Shown here piece after piece: positions 19,771-30,413 of a stretch of 64,000 bases of DNA (position 1 is its first letter; each line of letters starts with the position of its first letter). A program made the position numbers and the translations under genes. Below the pieces are notes generated by a model. It was not told where the DNA came from. It ran no database searches and was given only the letters and a program-made list of their open reading frames with translations. This DNA is from Verrucomicrobiota bacterium (lineage in GTDB: Bacteria; Verrucomicrobiota; Verrucomicrobiia; Limisphaerales; Palsa-1400), in contig JBEKYR010000021.1 of NCBI GenBank assembly GCA_049510745.1, forward strand, positions 21,295-85,294, in the 5' to 3' direction.

Positions 19771-22700
19771 TTACGGCCCCAGACGCACGCGGTAAAACCG
19801 CTGGCTGCCGTTTGTGGCGCCGGAATCCTCGAACAGCCACGGCGTGTCTGGCGAGTTGGTTGTGAAAATGGGGGTCCACGTTGCCAGATTTGTGGACGCG
19901 AGAATGGAATAATCGGGGCCGCTATCGCCCGAGATGAACGACTCAAAGACGCCGTTGCTCCAGCTTAGCGCGCCGAACGTCGGCGGCATTGGCAGGATAA
20001 CGGACACCATGAAGTACTGGGTGGCTCCCAGGCTGGGCAAGCCGTTGTCGAACACGGCGACGGCCACCGGATACGTGGCGCCGCCCTGGGCGATCGTTGG
20101 CCGCCAACTAAACAGGCCGGCGGCCGAATCCATCACAGCGCCGGGCGGCGCCATTGCCAGGCTGTAACGAAGCAGTTGCGGCGGCGAATTGGCGTCCGTG
20201 GCTGCATTCTGGATTTGCAGTGTCCGGCCGGCGAGGATCGTCTGATTGGCGACAGCGGCCAGCGCCGGTCGGATGTTCAAGTCGGCGAGCGAGGCGGCCA
20301 CGGCCGCGGAACCGGGGCCGGAACCACAATTATTGACAGCTTCGACTTCATAATAGTATGTGGCCGTGTCTGTAATTGTGACGTCGGCGTAGTTTGTGGC
20401 CGCGACATTCAGCGCCAACATCGTAAACGGTCCCCCTGCGTTGGTGGAGCGAAGGACGTTGTAACCGGTGGCGCCGGGCGACGGCGGAGAAGGCGGCCAC
20501 GCGAGAATGATTTGTCCATTTTCCGCCGTAAACGCCAGCCCGGCCGGCGCCGGAGGAGTCTGGCAGGAAACTGTGGCGCCGGCTTCGCCGGAGTTGGCGC
20601 TTTCTCCAGCGGCGTTGGTGGCGGAAACGACGTAGTAGTAATTGCCGGCGGCGAGACCGAGGTCCATGTGCAACGTGGCGGCACGATTGGCGATGAGCGC
20701 ATAGGGTCCTCCCTGCACTGAGGCGCGTTTGATATTATAGCTCGAAGCGCGTGAGCTTGCATCCCACGAAAGCCCGACTTCGCCGTTGCCTGGCGTGGCA
20801 GTCAATCCAGCGGGGACGGCGGGAACAGTCAAGCCGGACGCACTGCCACCGATGCCGTACTTAGCCTTGAGCGTGCTCTCCATGTATTGACGATTTGGAT
20901 CTGTCAAGGCGCCTCCGAATATTCTCACTTCCGCAATATCGCCGGAGAAAAAATTGCTCAACTCCTGTTGCGCGCCCAGGACCAGGCGCGGCGGCGAGGT
21001 CAGCGAGGCGGTGACGCCTGTCACGCTGGAGGCCAGCACGCCGTCCACGTAGAGCGAAATCAGGCCCGTGCTTTGAACGCGCTCAAACGTAAAGACGTGT
21101 GGAGCGCCGTTGTTGTAGCCGGTGGCAGACACAGCCGAATTGTCCGGGCTGCCGTCGCCGCACAAAATTTGTCCGCTGGCATTGAGTGAACTGGCAAATT
21201 TGTTGGCCGTGCCCGCAACGTCGCCGCTCACCAATCCGGCGCCCTGCCAATACTGGGTGCCCGTGCCCAGCCCTTGCGCGCTTTGGAAAACACAGGCCAC
21301 CGTAAAGTCATTCGAGATCACGTCAGGGAAGGCCAGGAACAGGCTGTATCCGGCAATGAAACGAACCACAGGCAGACCGTTCATGGCATTGGTGACAAAG
21401 ACCGGTTGCTGCGCGACGACGCCGTTCGTGGCGTTGCGGCCCCCTCCGGTCGAGTCACTCCACACCGCCACGCGCGCGCCATTATGAAGGCCCATGGCGT
21501 CGGCTTTGTACCACACGAGCGGTTGAAGCAGATTGACGGGCACGAGTTGGAATCCGCACACGCCGACACCATCGCCGCTGGAACTGCTGTCCCACTGAAC
21601 GTAAATTGTGAGCGCGTTGGAAGCGTTGGGCGGCAGGCCGGACAATTCGACATAGTTGCCGAGGTCCGGAGTTCCCGGCGTGGTGTCAACGGATTGGACA
21701 AAGTTGCTGGCGTCCGAAAACGTCTGCCATTCCGGTCCGGCGTAATTGGTCACTCCGGCCCCTCCGCTGATATCCGCAACGTTGGCGGTATTATCATTGA
21801 GATACAAATAAACATTATAGATTTGGTTGGAGTTCAGGTTGGCGAACGTGACTTGCATCAGCCCTGATCCCAGGGTCGCGGGGCTTCCGGTTCTTGCCTT
21901 CCAAAATGTGTTCATCATCCGTGTGTTCGCCTGGCTTGATCCGCTGACGTTGCCGCTGTGCCAGCCGTCGCTGATGCCGCAAGCGGTCATTGAAAGCGGA
22001 GTCGCCGTGCCGTTGGTGTCCTTCAAGTAATTTACGGTCAGGCCGCTGGCGGCGAGAACGGAAGAGGGAGTGACAGGCACGACGTTCCAATTGGAAGCGG
22101 CATAGGCCCCTGCCCTATCGCCGGGCCGGAGAAAGAATCCACTGTAGCCGAAGTAATTGGTGATCGCGCATTGGACGCTGACGGCGCCCGGCGAGCCGGC
22201 CACGACCTGCGAGATCGCCATTGACGCCACAGAGCTGGTGACGCTGCCATAGGCGTTGCCAACAACCACGCAAAAGCCGACGGAACTGCTGGCGTCGCTT
22301 GCGGTTGTGAGATGAGTATAAAAACTGTTTGTGGCGCCGGGAATGATGTTGGTCGCTCCGCCGCTGATTTCCCGCCATTGGTAAAAAAGCGGCTGCCCAT
22401 TGGTCGCCAGGACGGAAAATGTAATCGGAACATTCGAATAGATGGGCGTCGAAGCCGCAAAAGATTGCGGCTGCGAAATAATCGACGGCGGCAACGCGGA
22501 AAGGCCGGGTGTGGCGCTGGCTTCAATTGAATTGGCGCTCTCGCCATTGCCATTGACGGCGGAGACAACATAGTAGTAGGTCGCGCCGCCGGTCACATTG
22601 GTGTCGATGTAACCAACGGCTGTGTAGTTCGCGATGGTTGTATAAGGACCGCCTTGAACCTGCGAACGTTTGACGTTGTAGCTGGTGGCGTTGAAGTTGA

Positions 22701-25700
22701 TGGTCCAGTTCAAGGCCACTTGACTGGGGCCGGGAGCGGCCGCAAGGGCCGAGGGCGCCGCCGGCGGGCTGTTAGTTGACAGAGCTTGAAAGGTTTGGGT
22801 TGCAGGAGCCAGTCCCGGCGACGACGCCGTGAGGGTTATTGGCCCGCCCGTTTGCGCTCCAATCAAGCCCATGCACCAGCCATTGAAGGCGTGCCGCTGG
22901 GATGAACGGTCCGGCTCATGGCTGGCGGGATCGCCATTGCCAACGCCGGCGACCATTCCCCCCGCCGAAACGCTGAAAGTCACCAGATTGGAGGCGGTCG
23001 GAACGACGCGCCCTTGTGCGTCCAAAACAGACGCGTACACCACCGTGAGGTCCTCGCCATCGGCGGTGACAGTGGTGCGGTCGGTCGTCAACCGGAGCGC
23101 CGCCGGGACTCCCGCGGTGGCGGCCTGGTCTGTGGCAACAGTGTTTCCGTTGGCGTCATAGCCTTTTGCCAGCAACATTCCGGCGGCGTACGGAACAGAC
23201 CATTCGAGATGTCCGTAGGCGGGCATAGTCTGCGCCCCCTGGCTGACGCCGTTAAGAAACAGCTCGATGCTGGCGGTGTTGCCGTAGCACCAGACACTGA
23301 TCGTCTGGCCGGAGGACCAATTCCAGTGAGGCAAAATGTGAACCAGCGGCTGGCCGCCCCACCACGCCTGGTAATAATAGGCCATATCTTTAGGCAGGCC
23401 GCAGAGGTCCAGGATTCCAAACTTAGAACTGATGCAAGGCCAGCCATACGGGGTCGGCTCTCCCTTGTAGTCGAAACCGGTCCAGGTAAACGAGCCGGCC
23501 ATAAAAGGGCGTTCGACCACAGGCTGCCAGGCGCCTTCCGGACTGCTATAGGAACTGAGATAGGCCATGTTGTCGTTGGTGTACTCGCCACGGTCGGCCA
23601 TGGCCGAGGAGGTTTCGCTGCCATACATCGGCTGCGACGGATAGTCTTGGTGAAAGGCGTCATACTCGCCCGGACTGTAGTTGAAGCCTTCGATGTCCTC
23701 GACCAAAGTGATGCCCAGATCGAACCAGCCGCCATTCATCGCGCAGGTGACCGGCCGGCTGGCGTCAAATTCGAGCACCCGTTTCTTCATCGCATAGAAA
23801 ATGTCCGCGCCGGCTTGAGTTCCTGAAATGGATTCTTCATTGCACATCGACCACATGATGACGCTCGGATGGTTGCGGTCGCGCAGGATCATGCTGGCGA
23901 GGGCGGAGAGGTCTGAATAAGGGGTCTGCGCCGTGGTTGGAGCATAGCCGCCGGTCGCGTCGCCGAGGTTGCGATTCTCGTCCATCACCAACATGCCGAG
24001 CCGGTCGCAGGCGTCGAGGAGGGCGGGAGAGGGCGGATTGTGGGAGCAGCGCCAGGCGTTGGCGCCCCTTTCTTTGAGTTTCATCACGCGCCAGTAAAAC
24101 AGGTTGTCTGGAATCCCGATTCCCACCCCCGCCAGGTCCTGGTGATTGCACATTCCTTTCAACTCCACGCGTTTGCCATTGAGGAAAAAGCCGTTATTGA
24201 CGTCGTAATAGATCGAGCGAATCCCAAAAGGCGTCACGCACGAGTCAATCAGTTGGGTGCCCTGTTGAATGCTGGTCTGGAGCTGATAGAGCTGCGGCAT
24301 TTCCAGCGACCAGAGGTGAGCGTTGGCAATGGAGAGAGACTGAATTACGTTGGTGACCGCGCCGGCGGGAAGCGTCACCGCCGTGGTGGCTGTTCCGGCG
24401 GAAAGTCCGTCCGGCCCGCTGGCTTGCGAAACCAGCGTGAAGGTTTGAGCCAGCGCGGAGGCGTTGGTGATGGTGGTGGTTATCGTCAGGCCCGCCGAGG
24501 CATTTCCGTTGCTGTCCGGCCCCTGCACCTGGGCGGTGACGAAGGCGCCCGAAGGGGCGACATGGAGAGGATTGGCCATATTGAGCCAGACGTGGCGGTA
24601 AATGCCGGCGCCTTCATACCACCAGCCTTCATCGACGTGCGGGTCCACATGCACGGCCAGAAGATTCGTCCCACCGGCAATCGTGTAAGGAGTGATGTCG
24701 TACCGAAAGCTCGCGTAGCCACTGTGCCAGTATCCCAGACAGTGGCTGTTGATCCACACCGTTGAATTATGGTACACGCCGTCGAAGTCGATCCAGACAC
24801 TTTGGCCGGCGGCGGAGGAAGGAAGGGTGAACGTCTGGCGATACCACGCGTTGGCCAGCGGCAGGGAGGCATGACCCGTTTCCGCGGTGTTGGTGAAGCT
24901 TCCTTCGACCACGTAATCGTGCGGCAGTTGCACGAGGCGCCACAAGCTGTCATTGAAGTCCGGGTCCGTCGGGCTGATGTCCTGGAGATCGTCCCCGGAT
25001 TGCAGCAATACCGGCTTGAGAATCCCGCCGCCTCCGTTGGTGTTCCGCACGGCGACCGCCAGAACATTTGGGCCGGAACCCGACCAAAACGGGTCCAGCG
25101 CAGGAATGTCGAACGCGCCGGAATACTCTCCAAGAAGGGCGCCGTTCAGATAAACGCTGGCGCTGTCGTTCGAGCCAAAACCCGGGAAGTGAAGAGCCAG
25201 GGGCCTGCCGCCGGTCGCGGCAGCATCCAGCGTCGTCCGAAACCAGGCCGCGCCGGCGCCGCCCTGGAACACGTCCTGTCCCACGGCCGCCTTCGCCCAG
25301 GCGGATGTGTTCAGATTTGTGGCCGCCATGGCCGCCGCGTCACCGGGCGCATTAGTGTCATTGAGCCAGACCCATTGCGTCAAGGGAATGCCGGGCGGAG
25401 GCACAGAGTTGCCCGATTGCAACAGCACAGGCCCCATGATCCCCCCGGAGCCGCCGGTGTTTTGCACTGCCAGCGCCAAAACGTTTGGGCCGTTGCTCGA
25501 CCATGCGTAATCCAGCGGCGCAATGTCGAATGCCTCCGAACCACCGGCGTGTCGTCCAATCAGATTGCCATTCAAATAAACACTCGCGTTGTCGTCCACC
25601 TCGACGAAATGAAGCGACAGCGGCCGGGCTGACAACGCCAGAGCGTCCAACGACGCCCGAAACCAGGCGTAGCCGACGCGCCCATTGAAGACATCTTGTC

Positions 25701-26412
25701 CGACGGCGGCGTTTGACCAACCGGATGTGTCCAGGTTTGTGGCGGTCATGGCCGCCGCGTCGTTCGTTGCGTGGTCATCGGCAAGCCAAACCCATTGCGT
25801 GATTGGAATCCCAGGAGGCTCAAGCTGTGGCGCGCCCGACTGCAAGAGAACCGGCGCATAAATTCCTCCCGGTCCTCCCGTGTTTTGCACCGCCACGGCG
25901 AGAACGTTTGTGCCGCCGGCAATCCAGGCCGGGCTAAGGGGGGAAACGCTGAACGGCACTGACCAGCCCTGGTGCTGCCCAATGAGCGAGCCGTTCAGAT
26001 ACACCGTCCCATTGTCATCGACGCCCTCGAAATAAATGGCCGCCGGTTGCAGGGGCAAACTGGAGGCGACGATGGTGGAGCGGAACCAAGCGTAGCCGAT
26101 GCGTCCGTTAAAGACGTCGGTTCCAATCGCCACATCGGTCCACGCCGAGGTATCCAGGCCCGGCGCCGCCATGGTGGCAGCGTCGTTGGGAGCGTTGTCG
26201 TCAGCGATCCAAACCCATTGGGTCACCGGAATCCCCGGGGGCGCGATCTCTGAATTGCCATCCACCTCATTCAGATGAAAACGCCAGCCACTGTCCAGCA
26301 ACTGGCGTTGTCTTGGCCCGCCGGGCGCGGCGGGTGCGAGCAGCAGAAACACCGCCACGCACGCCGCCGCGCCCATGCTCGGACAGCGGTCAACAGAATG
26401 TTCGCTCTTCAA
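19771..26412 (-). CDS. secreted GH2 glycoside hydrolase (beta-galactosidase-like) with jelly-roll, FN3, Ig, LamG and cadherin-like modules
   Basis: FGIRSI, LKGMCNHQD, RCSHNP, RDRNHPSVIMWSMCNE, GSETSS, WTGFDYKGEPTP, HILPHWNW; C-terminus RFYRV. Confidence 0.9.
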   Translation of the reverse strand: MKSEHSVDRCPSMGAAACVAVFLLLAPAAPGGPRQRQLLDSGWRFHLNEVDGNSEIAPPGIPVTQWVWIADDNAPNDAATMAAPGLDTSAWTDVAIGTDVFNGRIGYAWFRSTIVASSLPLQPAAIYFEGVDDNGTVYLNGSLIGQHQGWSVPFSVSPLSPAWIAGGTNVLAVAVQNTGGPGGIYAPVLLQSGAPQLEPPGIPITQWVWLADDHATNDAAAMTATNLDTSGWSNAAVGQDVFNGRVGYAWFRASLDALALSARPLSLHFVEVDDNASVYLNGNLIGRHAGGSEAFDIAPLDYAWSSNGPNVLALAVQNTGGSGGIMGPVLLQSGNSVPPPGIPLTQWVWLNDTNAPGDAAAMAATNLNTSAWAKAAVGQDVFQGGAGAAWFRTTLDAAATGGRPLALHFPGFGSNDSASVYLNGALLGEYSGAFDIPALDPFWSGSGPNVLAVAVRNTNGGGGILKPVLLQSGDDLQDISPTDPDFNDSLWRLVQLPHDYVVEGSFTNTAETGHASLPLANAWYRQTFTLPSSAAGQSVWIDFDGVYHNSTVWINSHCLGYWHSGYASFRYDITPYTIAGGTNLLAVHVDPHVDEGWWYEGAGIYRHVWLNMANPLHVAPSGAFVTAQVQGPDSNGNASAGLTITTTITNASALAQTFTLVSQASGPDGLSAGTATTAVTLPAGAVTNVIQSLSIANAHLWSLEMPQLYQLQTSIQQGTQLIDSCVTPFGIRSIYYDVNNGFFLNGKRVELKGMCNHQDLAGVGIGIPDNLFYWRVMKLKERGANAWRCSHNPPSPALLDACDRLGMLVMDENRNLGDATGGYAPTTAQTPYSDLSALASMILRDRNHPSVIMWSMCNEESISGTQAGADIFYAMKKRVLEFDASRPVTCAMNGGWFDLGITLVEDIEGFNYSPGEYDAFHQDYPSQPMYGSETSSAMADRGEYTNDNMAYLSSYSSPEGAWQPVVERPFMAGSFTWTGFDYKGEPTPYGWPCISSKFGILDLCGLPKDMAYYYQAWWGGQPLVHILPHWNWSSGQTISVWCYGNTASIELFLNGVSQGAQTMPAYGHLEWSVPYAAGMLLAKGYDANGNTVATDQAATAGVPAALRLTTDRTTVTADGEDLTVVYASVLDAQGRVVPTASNLVTFSVSAGGMVAGVGNGDPASHEPDRSSQRHAFNGWCMGLIGAQTGGPITLTASSPGLAPATQTFQALSTNSPPAAPSALAAAPGPSQVALNWTINFNATSYNVKRSQVQGGPYTTIANYTAVGYIDTNVTGGATYYYVVSAVNGNGESANSIEASATPGLSALPPSIISQPQSFAASTPIYSNVPITFSVLATNGQPLFYQWREISGGATNIIPGATNSFYTHLTTASDASSSVGFCVVVGNAYGSVTSSVASMAISQVVAGSPGAVSVQCAITNYFGYSGFFLRPGDRAGAYAASNWNVVPVTPSSVLAASGLTVNYLKDTNGTATPLSMTACGISDGWHSGNVSGSSQANTRMMNTFWKARTGSPATLGSGLMQVTFANLNSNQIYNVYLYLNDNTANVADISGGAGVTNYAGPEWQTFSDASNFVQSVDTTPGTPDLGNYVELSGLPPNASNALTIYVQWDSSSSGDGVGVCGFQLVPVNLLQPLVWYKADAMGLHNGARVAVWSDSTGGGRNATNGVVAQQPVFVTNAMNGLPVVRFIAGYSLFLAFPDVISNDFTVACVFQSAQGLGTGTQYWQGAGLVSGDVAGTANKFASSLNASGQILCGDGSPDNSAVSATGYNNGAPHVFTFERVQSTGLISLYVDGVLASSVTGVTASLTSPPRLVLGAQQELSNFFSGDIAEVRIFGGALTDPNRQYMESTLKAKYGIGGSASGLTVPAVPAGLTATPGNGEVGLSWDASSRASSYNIKRASVQGGPYALIANRAATLHMDLGLAAGNYYYVVSATNAAGESANSGEAGATVSCQTPPAPAGLAFTAENGQIILAWPPSPPSPGATGYNVLRSTNAGGPFTMLALNVAATNYADVTITDTATYYYEVEAVNNCGSGPGSAAVAASLADLNIRPALAAVANQTILAGRTLQIQNAATDANSPPQLLRYSLAMAPPGAVMDSAAGLFSWRPTIAQGGATYPVAVAVFDNGLPSLGATQYFMVSVILPMPPTFGALSWSNGVFESFISGDSGPDYSILASTNLATWTPIFTTNSPDTPWLFEDSGATNGSQRFYRVRLGP

Positions 26413-26421
26413 TTGATCCGC

Positions 26422-29400
26422 CTACGGAGCAATAATCTTGTAGAACATTTGCGGCGCCGCCGGCGTCGGCGTCACGGTGTAGGGCGACGAGGCGGAATTG
26501 GTCGTCCACGGTCCAGTGACAGCGGGAGCCTGCAAGAGCGTGCCCGCGGACCACTGCAACTGCACTTGCCCATTGGCCAGGCGCTGGGCGCTCATGGTCA
26601 CGGCAGGGCCGAGGTACTGCAACTGGGCGCCATTCAAGCTGCCGTAACTCTTTCCAGCGGCGGCCGTGCATGTCCCGCTCAACGCCGCGCCGGTGACGAC
26701 AACGTTGGGGAAGACGACGTAATTGACGCCTTGAACAAAGTTCGTGTCTTGAGTGGGCAACACCGTCTGGCTGACGCCATTGAGGGTCATCACGGCTCCT
26801 CCGTTGGTGGTGAAAGACTCCGTGCCATTGCATGAAAACAGAACCACATTGTAAAAGCCGTTGGGGAGGGTGAATGTGAAACTCGCCGGGGATTCCGTGG
26901 GACGGATGGTCACGGCGGAATCGAGCAGAGCAATGACAGGTGTGCTGTCCCAATCCCAACATTCAGGGGCAACCACAGTCCAGGTGAAGCCGCGATTAGT
27001 GCTCCCGTCATCCGAAAGGCCGCCGGAACTGGTGAAAGTGCCGCCAGCCGAGGTTGAGGGGCCGATCACCTGATTCCACCAAGTTCCCGTCCCACATCCA
27101 GGAACCCCATGACCGAAGTACTGGAGCACGTCATAGCCGCTCGCGGCGACTGTGGAATGCCATTGGAAGTTGACGGTGAACGGCCCGGCAGCAGGTTGAG
27201 CCATGACCGTCAAAACCGCCGTGCCGGTCGTGTTCGTGCCCACCGAGTTGTAGGCAACGAGCAGGTAGTAGCCTGAATTAGTCACTGCCAGATTACCAAG
27301 AGTCAGCGTGTCGTTAGTCTGACCCGCCAAGCTGGTGAAGGTGGTTCCGTTCACGCTGAACTGCCACTGATAATAGATCGGCAGTGTGCCCTGAAACGAA
27401 GTATCGCTCAGCGTGACTGAACCGGTGACGAATGCCGTCAACTGCGATGAATTCTGGTTCAAGGAATTGGTGATGTCAGTAACAAAAAACGGCGCCTGCG
27501 CCGAACTGATGATCAGCGGGGACACTTCGCTCGTCGTTGCGCCGGAACCATTGGTCGCCACCAAATCATAATTTGCGGTCATCCCACCCATTTCCGTCGT
27601 ATCTACCGTCAACGTCAGATTAGTTGCTCCAGTTATGTTGGTCAGAGCGCCGCCGCCGCCGCCATCCGTCTGCCACTGATAGGTAAACGGGCCGGGGCCG
27701 GTGACATTGGCCGTGACCCCAACCAGCGTGCCGGCATAGACGGCGCTGGACGGCGAAAAAACGGGTGGACTGACAAGGGGATATCCCGGGAGCGTCAAAC
27801 CCAGGATGAATGTCGCGTCCTCGTCGCCGCTTCTGCTGAACTTAATCTGGCCGCCGTTGGGTGGAACCAAACAGGCGCCGCCGTTGTAAACCGGCGGGCT
27901 GTTGCTGACGCACGAGAGACTGTCCCAACCCACGCCCGAGGAGATTCTCCCGAAAGTGAAGGCGTAGCTGGTGCTGGCCGCCAAGGGCACCGAGAAGCCT
28001 GTCCACCGCAACCAATCCAGGTCGGTGAAGCCGAAATTAGTCTCAGAACTGTAAACCGCGTACGCGATCGCCGTCGATCCGGAGACCGAGTACAGGCGCA
28101 ATAGATACTCCTGTCCAGTTCCGGCCGCGGGAAGCCCTCCGCTTCCGCCGCCCATTTTCAAAGCCAGCGAATTCAGCACGTATCCGCCCGGATTGCTCCC
28201 GGTGGTGAAGACCTGGCCCGGAGGACTGGCGTTATCGAAGTAGTAGTTCAAACCGTCGGGACTGCCGCCCGCCGACTGGGAGTTCCCAATCACCGGCTGT
28301 GCAAGATCATTGGCTTCAACAGAAGGCGTGCCGGCGCCCACATCCGTAAGCGTGGCAGTGGTATTCGCGTAAAGGATATTCAAGTCCAAAACGGCGCTCT
28401 TTGAAGAGCCGAAAGAGTTGCTGGCCGTGACGTCGAACTGATAAATGCCGGGATTCCAACCCGTCGTGTTGACAACCAGGTTGGAGCTGTCGTTGCCTGG
28501 AATGTTGGTGATTGTTCCACTGCCACCGTCGGTCTGCCAGTGGTAATGCAGCGGGGCCTGGCCCGTGGCGTTCTCGTTGAGAGTCACTTGGGTTCCCGCC
28601 GTGACCAACCGCGCGGGGGAAGCGGAAAGCGGGTTGGCATACGGAACCGGGCTGGGTCCGACTCCAATGGGCAGCAGCCCCAAATCGAAGACGGCGGCCG
28701 AATAGCCCCCGCCGGCTCCAATCAGCCCGCCGTCCTGTGGGATGATGCAGATGACTCCGTTGGTGTAGGGGCCTGGGGCATTCGTCGGGCTGTAGTTCAG
28801 CGCGGCCCAACCCGTGCCGCTGGAGTCCCGCCCGAACGTGTAAGCATAGGTGGTATTAGGCCTGAGGGTTACCGAGAAACCGCTCCAGGTCAGCCAATCG
28901 CCGAACGCGTAACTAAAGGCTCCGTTGGTAAAATGCGCCATGAGCGTGGCGTTGTTTCCCTGGATCGTATAAAGAAACAAATGGTACTCCTGCGTGGTCG
29001 TGGTGCCGCCGCCGCCGCCGGTGCCGCCGGTCTGAATGGCAACCGAGTCAAGATAATAACCCTGGGAATTGGTCCCGGTGGTGAAGGTTTGACCGGTGTA
29101 ATTGCCGCCGTGATTAGCGCCGTTGTCGTCGTAGTAATTAAGCCCGTTGCCGGAGCCGCCGCCAATGAACTGACTGATATCATACGCGCCGGTGACGATG
29201 GTGTCCCCCGAATCCGTCAAGGTGGCGGCCACGGTGGGATAGGGAATGCCCAACCCCGCCACCGCGCTGGTGACCACGCCTAAGGCGTTGCTCACCACGA
29301 CGGCGTAATCGTAAGAGCCTGGATTCCAATTGGAGGTGTTCAGAGACAAAGTCGCGCCGGTGGCGCCGGGGATATTGGTCAAGGCGCCGGTGCCGCCGCC

Positions 29401-30162
29401 GTCTGTGCGCCATTGGTAAGACAGCGTGGGCGTGCCCGCCGCTACTGCCGAAACCGTAACCGCCGTCCCGGCTGCGACGGAGATGGACGGTGAAAGGCCA
29501 GGAGGGTCAACCACAGGCGCCCCCGCTGCGTCCGCCAAGCCAAGGTCGAACGTGGCGACGTAAGTAGCGCTGGAGCCCAGAGTCATCTCGCCCCCGCCTG
29601 TCGGGACCAGCGCCACGTCGCCGCTGGACGGACTGCCATAGACTGTCGGGCTGCTGCCCATCGTGGCCATGTTCTCCCAGCCATTGCCTGAGGAAATCCT
29701 GCCAAAGGAGTAGGCAAATTCAGCATTCGGCGCCAGGGCCAGCCCAAGATTGGTCCACTGCAGCCAATCAGTATCGACAAAAATGAAATTGTTCGTGGAA
29801 ACGTAGGACGTCAGAAACGTCGCGTTGGATACACCGGAAACGGCGTAAAAACGCAGTAAATAGGCCTGTCCTCCCGCCGGAATCGAGCCGCTGCCGCCAG
29901 CGGTTTGAAGCGCCAGGGAGGTGATGATGTACCCATTGGCATCGCTCCCGGTGGTGAACGTTTGTCCGGGCGGCGACCCGTTGTCGAAGTAATAATTCAA
30001 ACCATCCGGGTTGACGGTGCCGCCAGACCAATTGGTCTGGTAAATGTCGTAGGAACCAGCCGTCGGCGCAACGGCGCCGATGTCCGTAAGTGTCGCGAGG
30101 GATTGCGCTGAAGCGGCTCCTGCCAGAGCGGTGGCCAGCGCCATAATCAATGTTTTTTTCAT
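26422..30162 (-). CDS. secreted modular protein: 3x unrecognised domain alternating with Ig-like domains
   Basis: Signal peptide; LNYY.D...GQ.FTTG x3; Y.WQ/RTDGG Ig modules; C-terminus MFYKI. Confidence 0.8.
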   Translation of the reverse strand: MKKTLIMALATALAGAASAQSLATLTDIGAVAPTAGSYDIYQTNWSGGTVNPDGLNYYFDNGSPPGQTFTTGSDANGYIITSLALQTAGGSGSIPAGGQAYLLRFYAVSGVSNATFLTSYVSTNNFIFVDTDWLQWTNLGLALAPNAEFAYSFGRISSGNGWENMATMGSSPTVYGSPSSGDVALVPTGGGEMTLGSSATYVATFDLGLADAAGAPVVDPPGLSPSISVAAGTAVTVSAVAAGTPTLSYQWRTDGGGTGALTNIPGATGATLSLNTSNWNPGSYDYAVVVSNALGVVTSAVAGLGIPYPTVAATLTDSGDTIVTGAYDISQFIGGGSGNGLNYYDDNGANHGGNYTGQTFTTGTNSQGYYLDSVAIQTGGTGGGGGTTTTQEYHLFLYTIQGNNATLMAHFTNGAFSYAFGDWLTWSGFSVTLRPNTTYAYTFGRDSSGTGWAALNYSPTNAPGPYTNGVICIIPQDGGLIGAGGGYSAAVFDLGLLPIGVGPSPVPYANPLSASPARLVTAGTQVTLNENATGQAPLHYHWQTDGGSGTITNIPGNDSSNLVVNTTGWNPGIYQFDVTASNSFGSSKSAVLDLNILYANTTATLTDVGAGTPSVEANDLAQPVIGNSQSAGGSPDGLNYYFDNASPPGQVFTTGSNPGGYVLNSLALKMGGGSGGLPAAGTGQEYLLRLYSVSGSTAIAYAVYSSETNFGFTDLDWLRWTGFSVPLAASTSYAFTFGRISSGVGWDSLSCVSNSPPVYNGGACLVPPNGGQIKFSRSGDEDATFILGLTLPGYPLVSPPVFSPSSAVYAGTLVGVTANVTGPGPFTYQWQTDGGGGGALTNITGATNLTLTVDTTEMGGMTANYDLVATNGSGATTSEVSPLIISSAQAPFFVTDITNSLNQNSSQLTAFVTGSVTLSDTSFQGTLPIYYQWQFSVNGTTFTSLAGQTNDTLTLGNLAVTNSGYYLLVAYNSVGTNTTGTAVLTVMAQPAAGPFTVNFQWHSTVAASGYDVLQYFGHGVPGCGTGTWWNQVIGPSTSAGGTFTSSGGLSDDGSTNRGFTWTVVAPECWDWDSTPVIALLDSAVTIRPTESPASFTFTLPNGFYNVVLFSCNGTESFTTNGGAVMTLNGVSQTVLPTQDTNFVQGVNYVVFPNVVVTGAALSGTCTAAAGKSYGSLNGAQLQYLGPAVTMSAQRLANGQVQLQWSAGTLLQAPAVTGPWTTNSASSPYTVTPTPAAPQMFYKIIAP

Positions 30163-30413
30163 AAGGCTTGATGAACTAGAGCAGAGTTATTGGTCGTCCC
30201 TTTAGCAAACACGCCTTGGGACTTGCAGCAGCCTAACAAACGCGCCGCATCCCTGTCACCTACCCGTACGGGTAAGGGGTTTGGCCGGATTTATGCGGCT
30301 TGGATGGTGCCGTGGCGGATGGCGCAAACAGCGGTTTCCGTCCGATCCTGCGCGTCCCATCGGGCGAGCAGCCTCTTGGAATGAAACTTGGCGGGGTCTT
30401 CCAAAAAAACCGT

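Noticed and set aside
30271..30290. Seventh regulon box (GTAAGGGGTTTGGCCGGAT)
   Set aside because: About 11/19 match and no correctly spaced -10.
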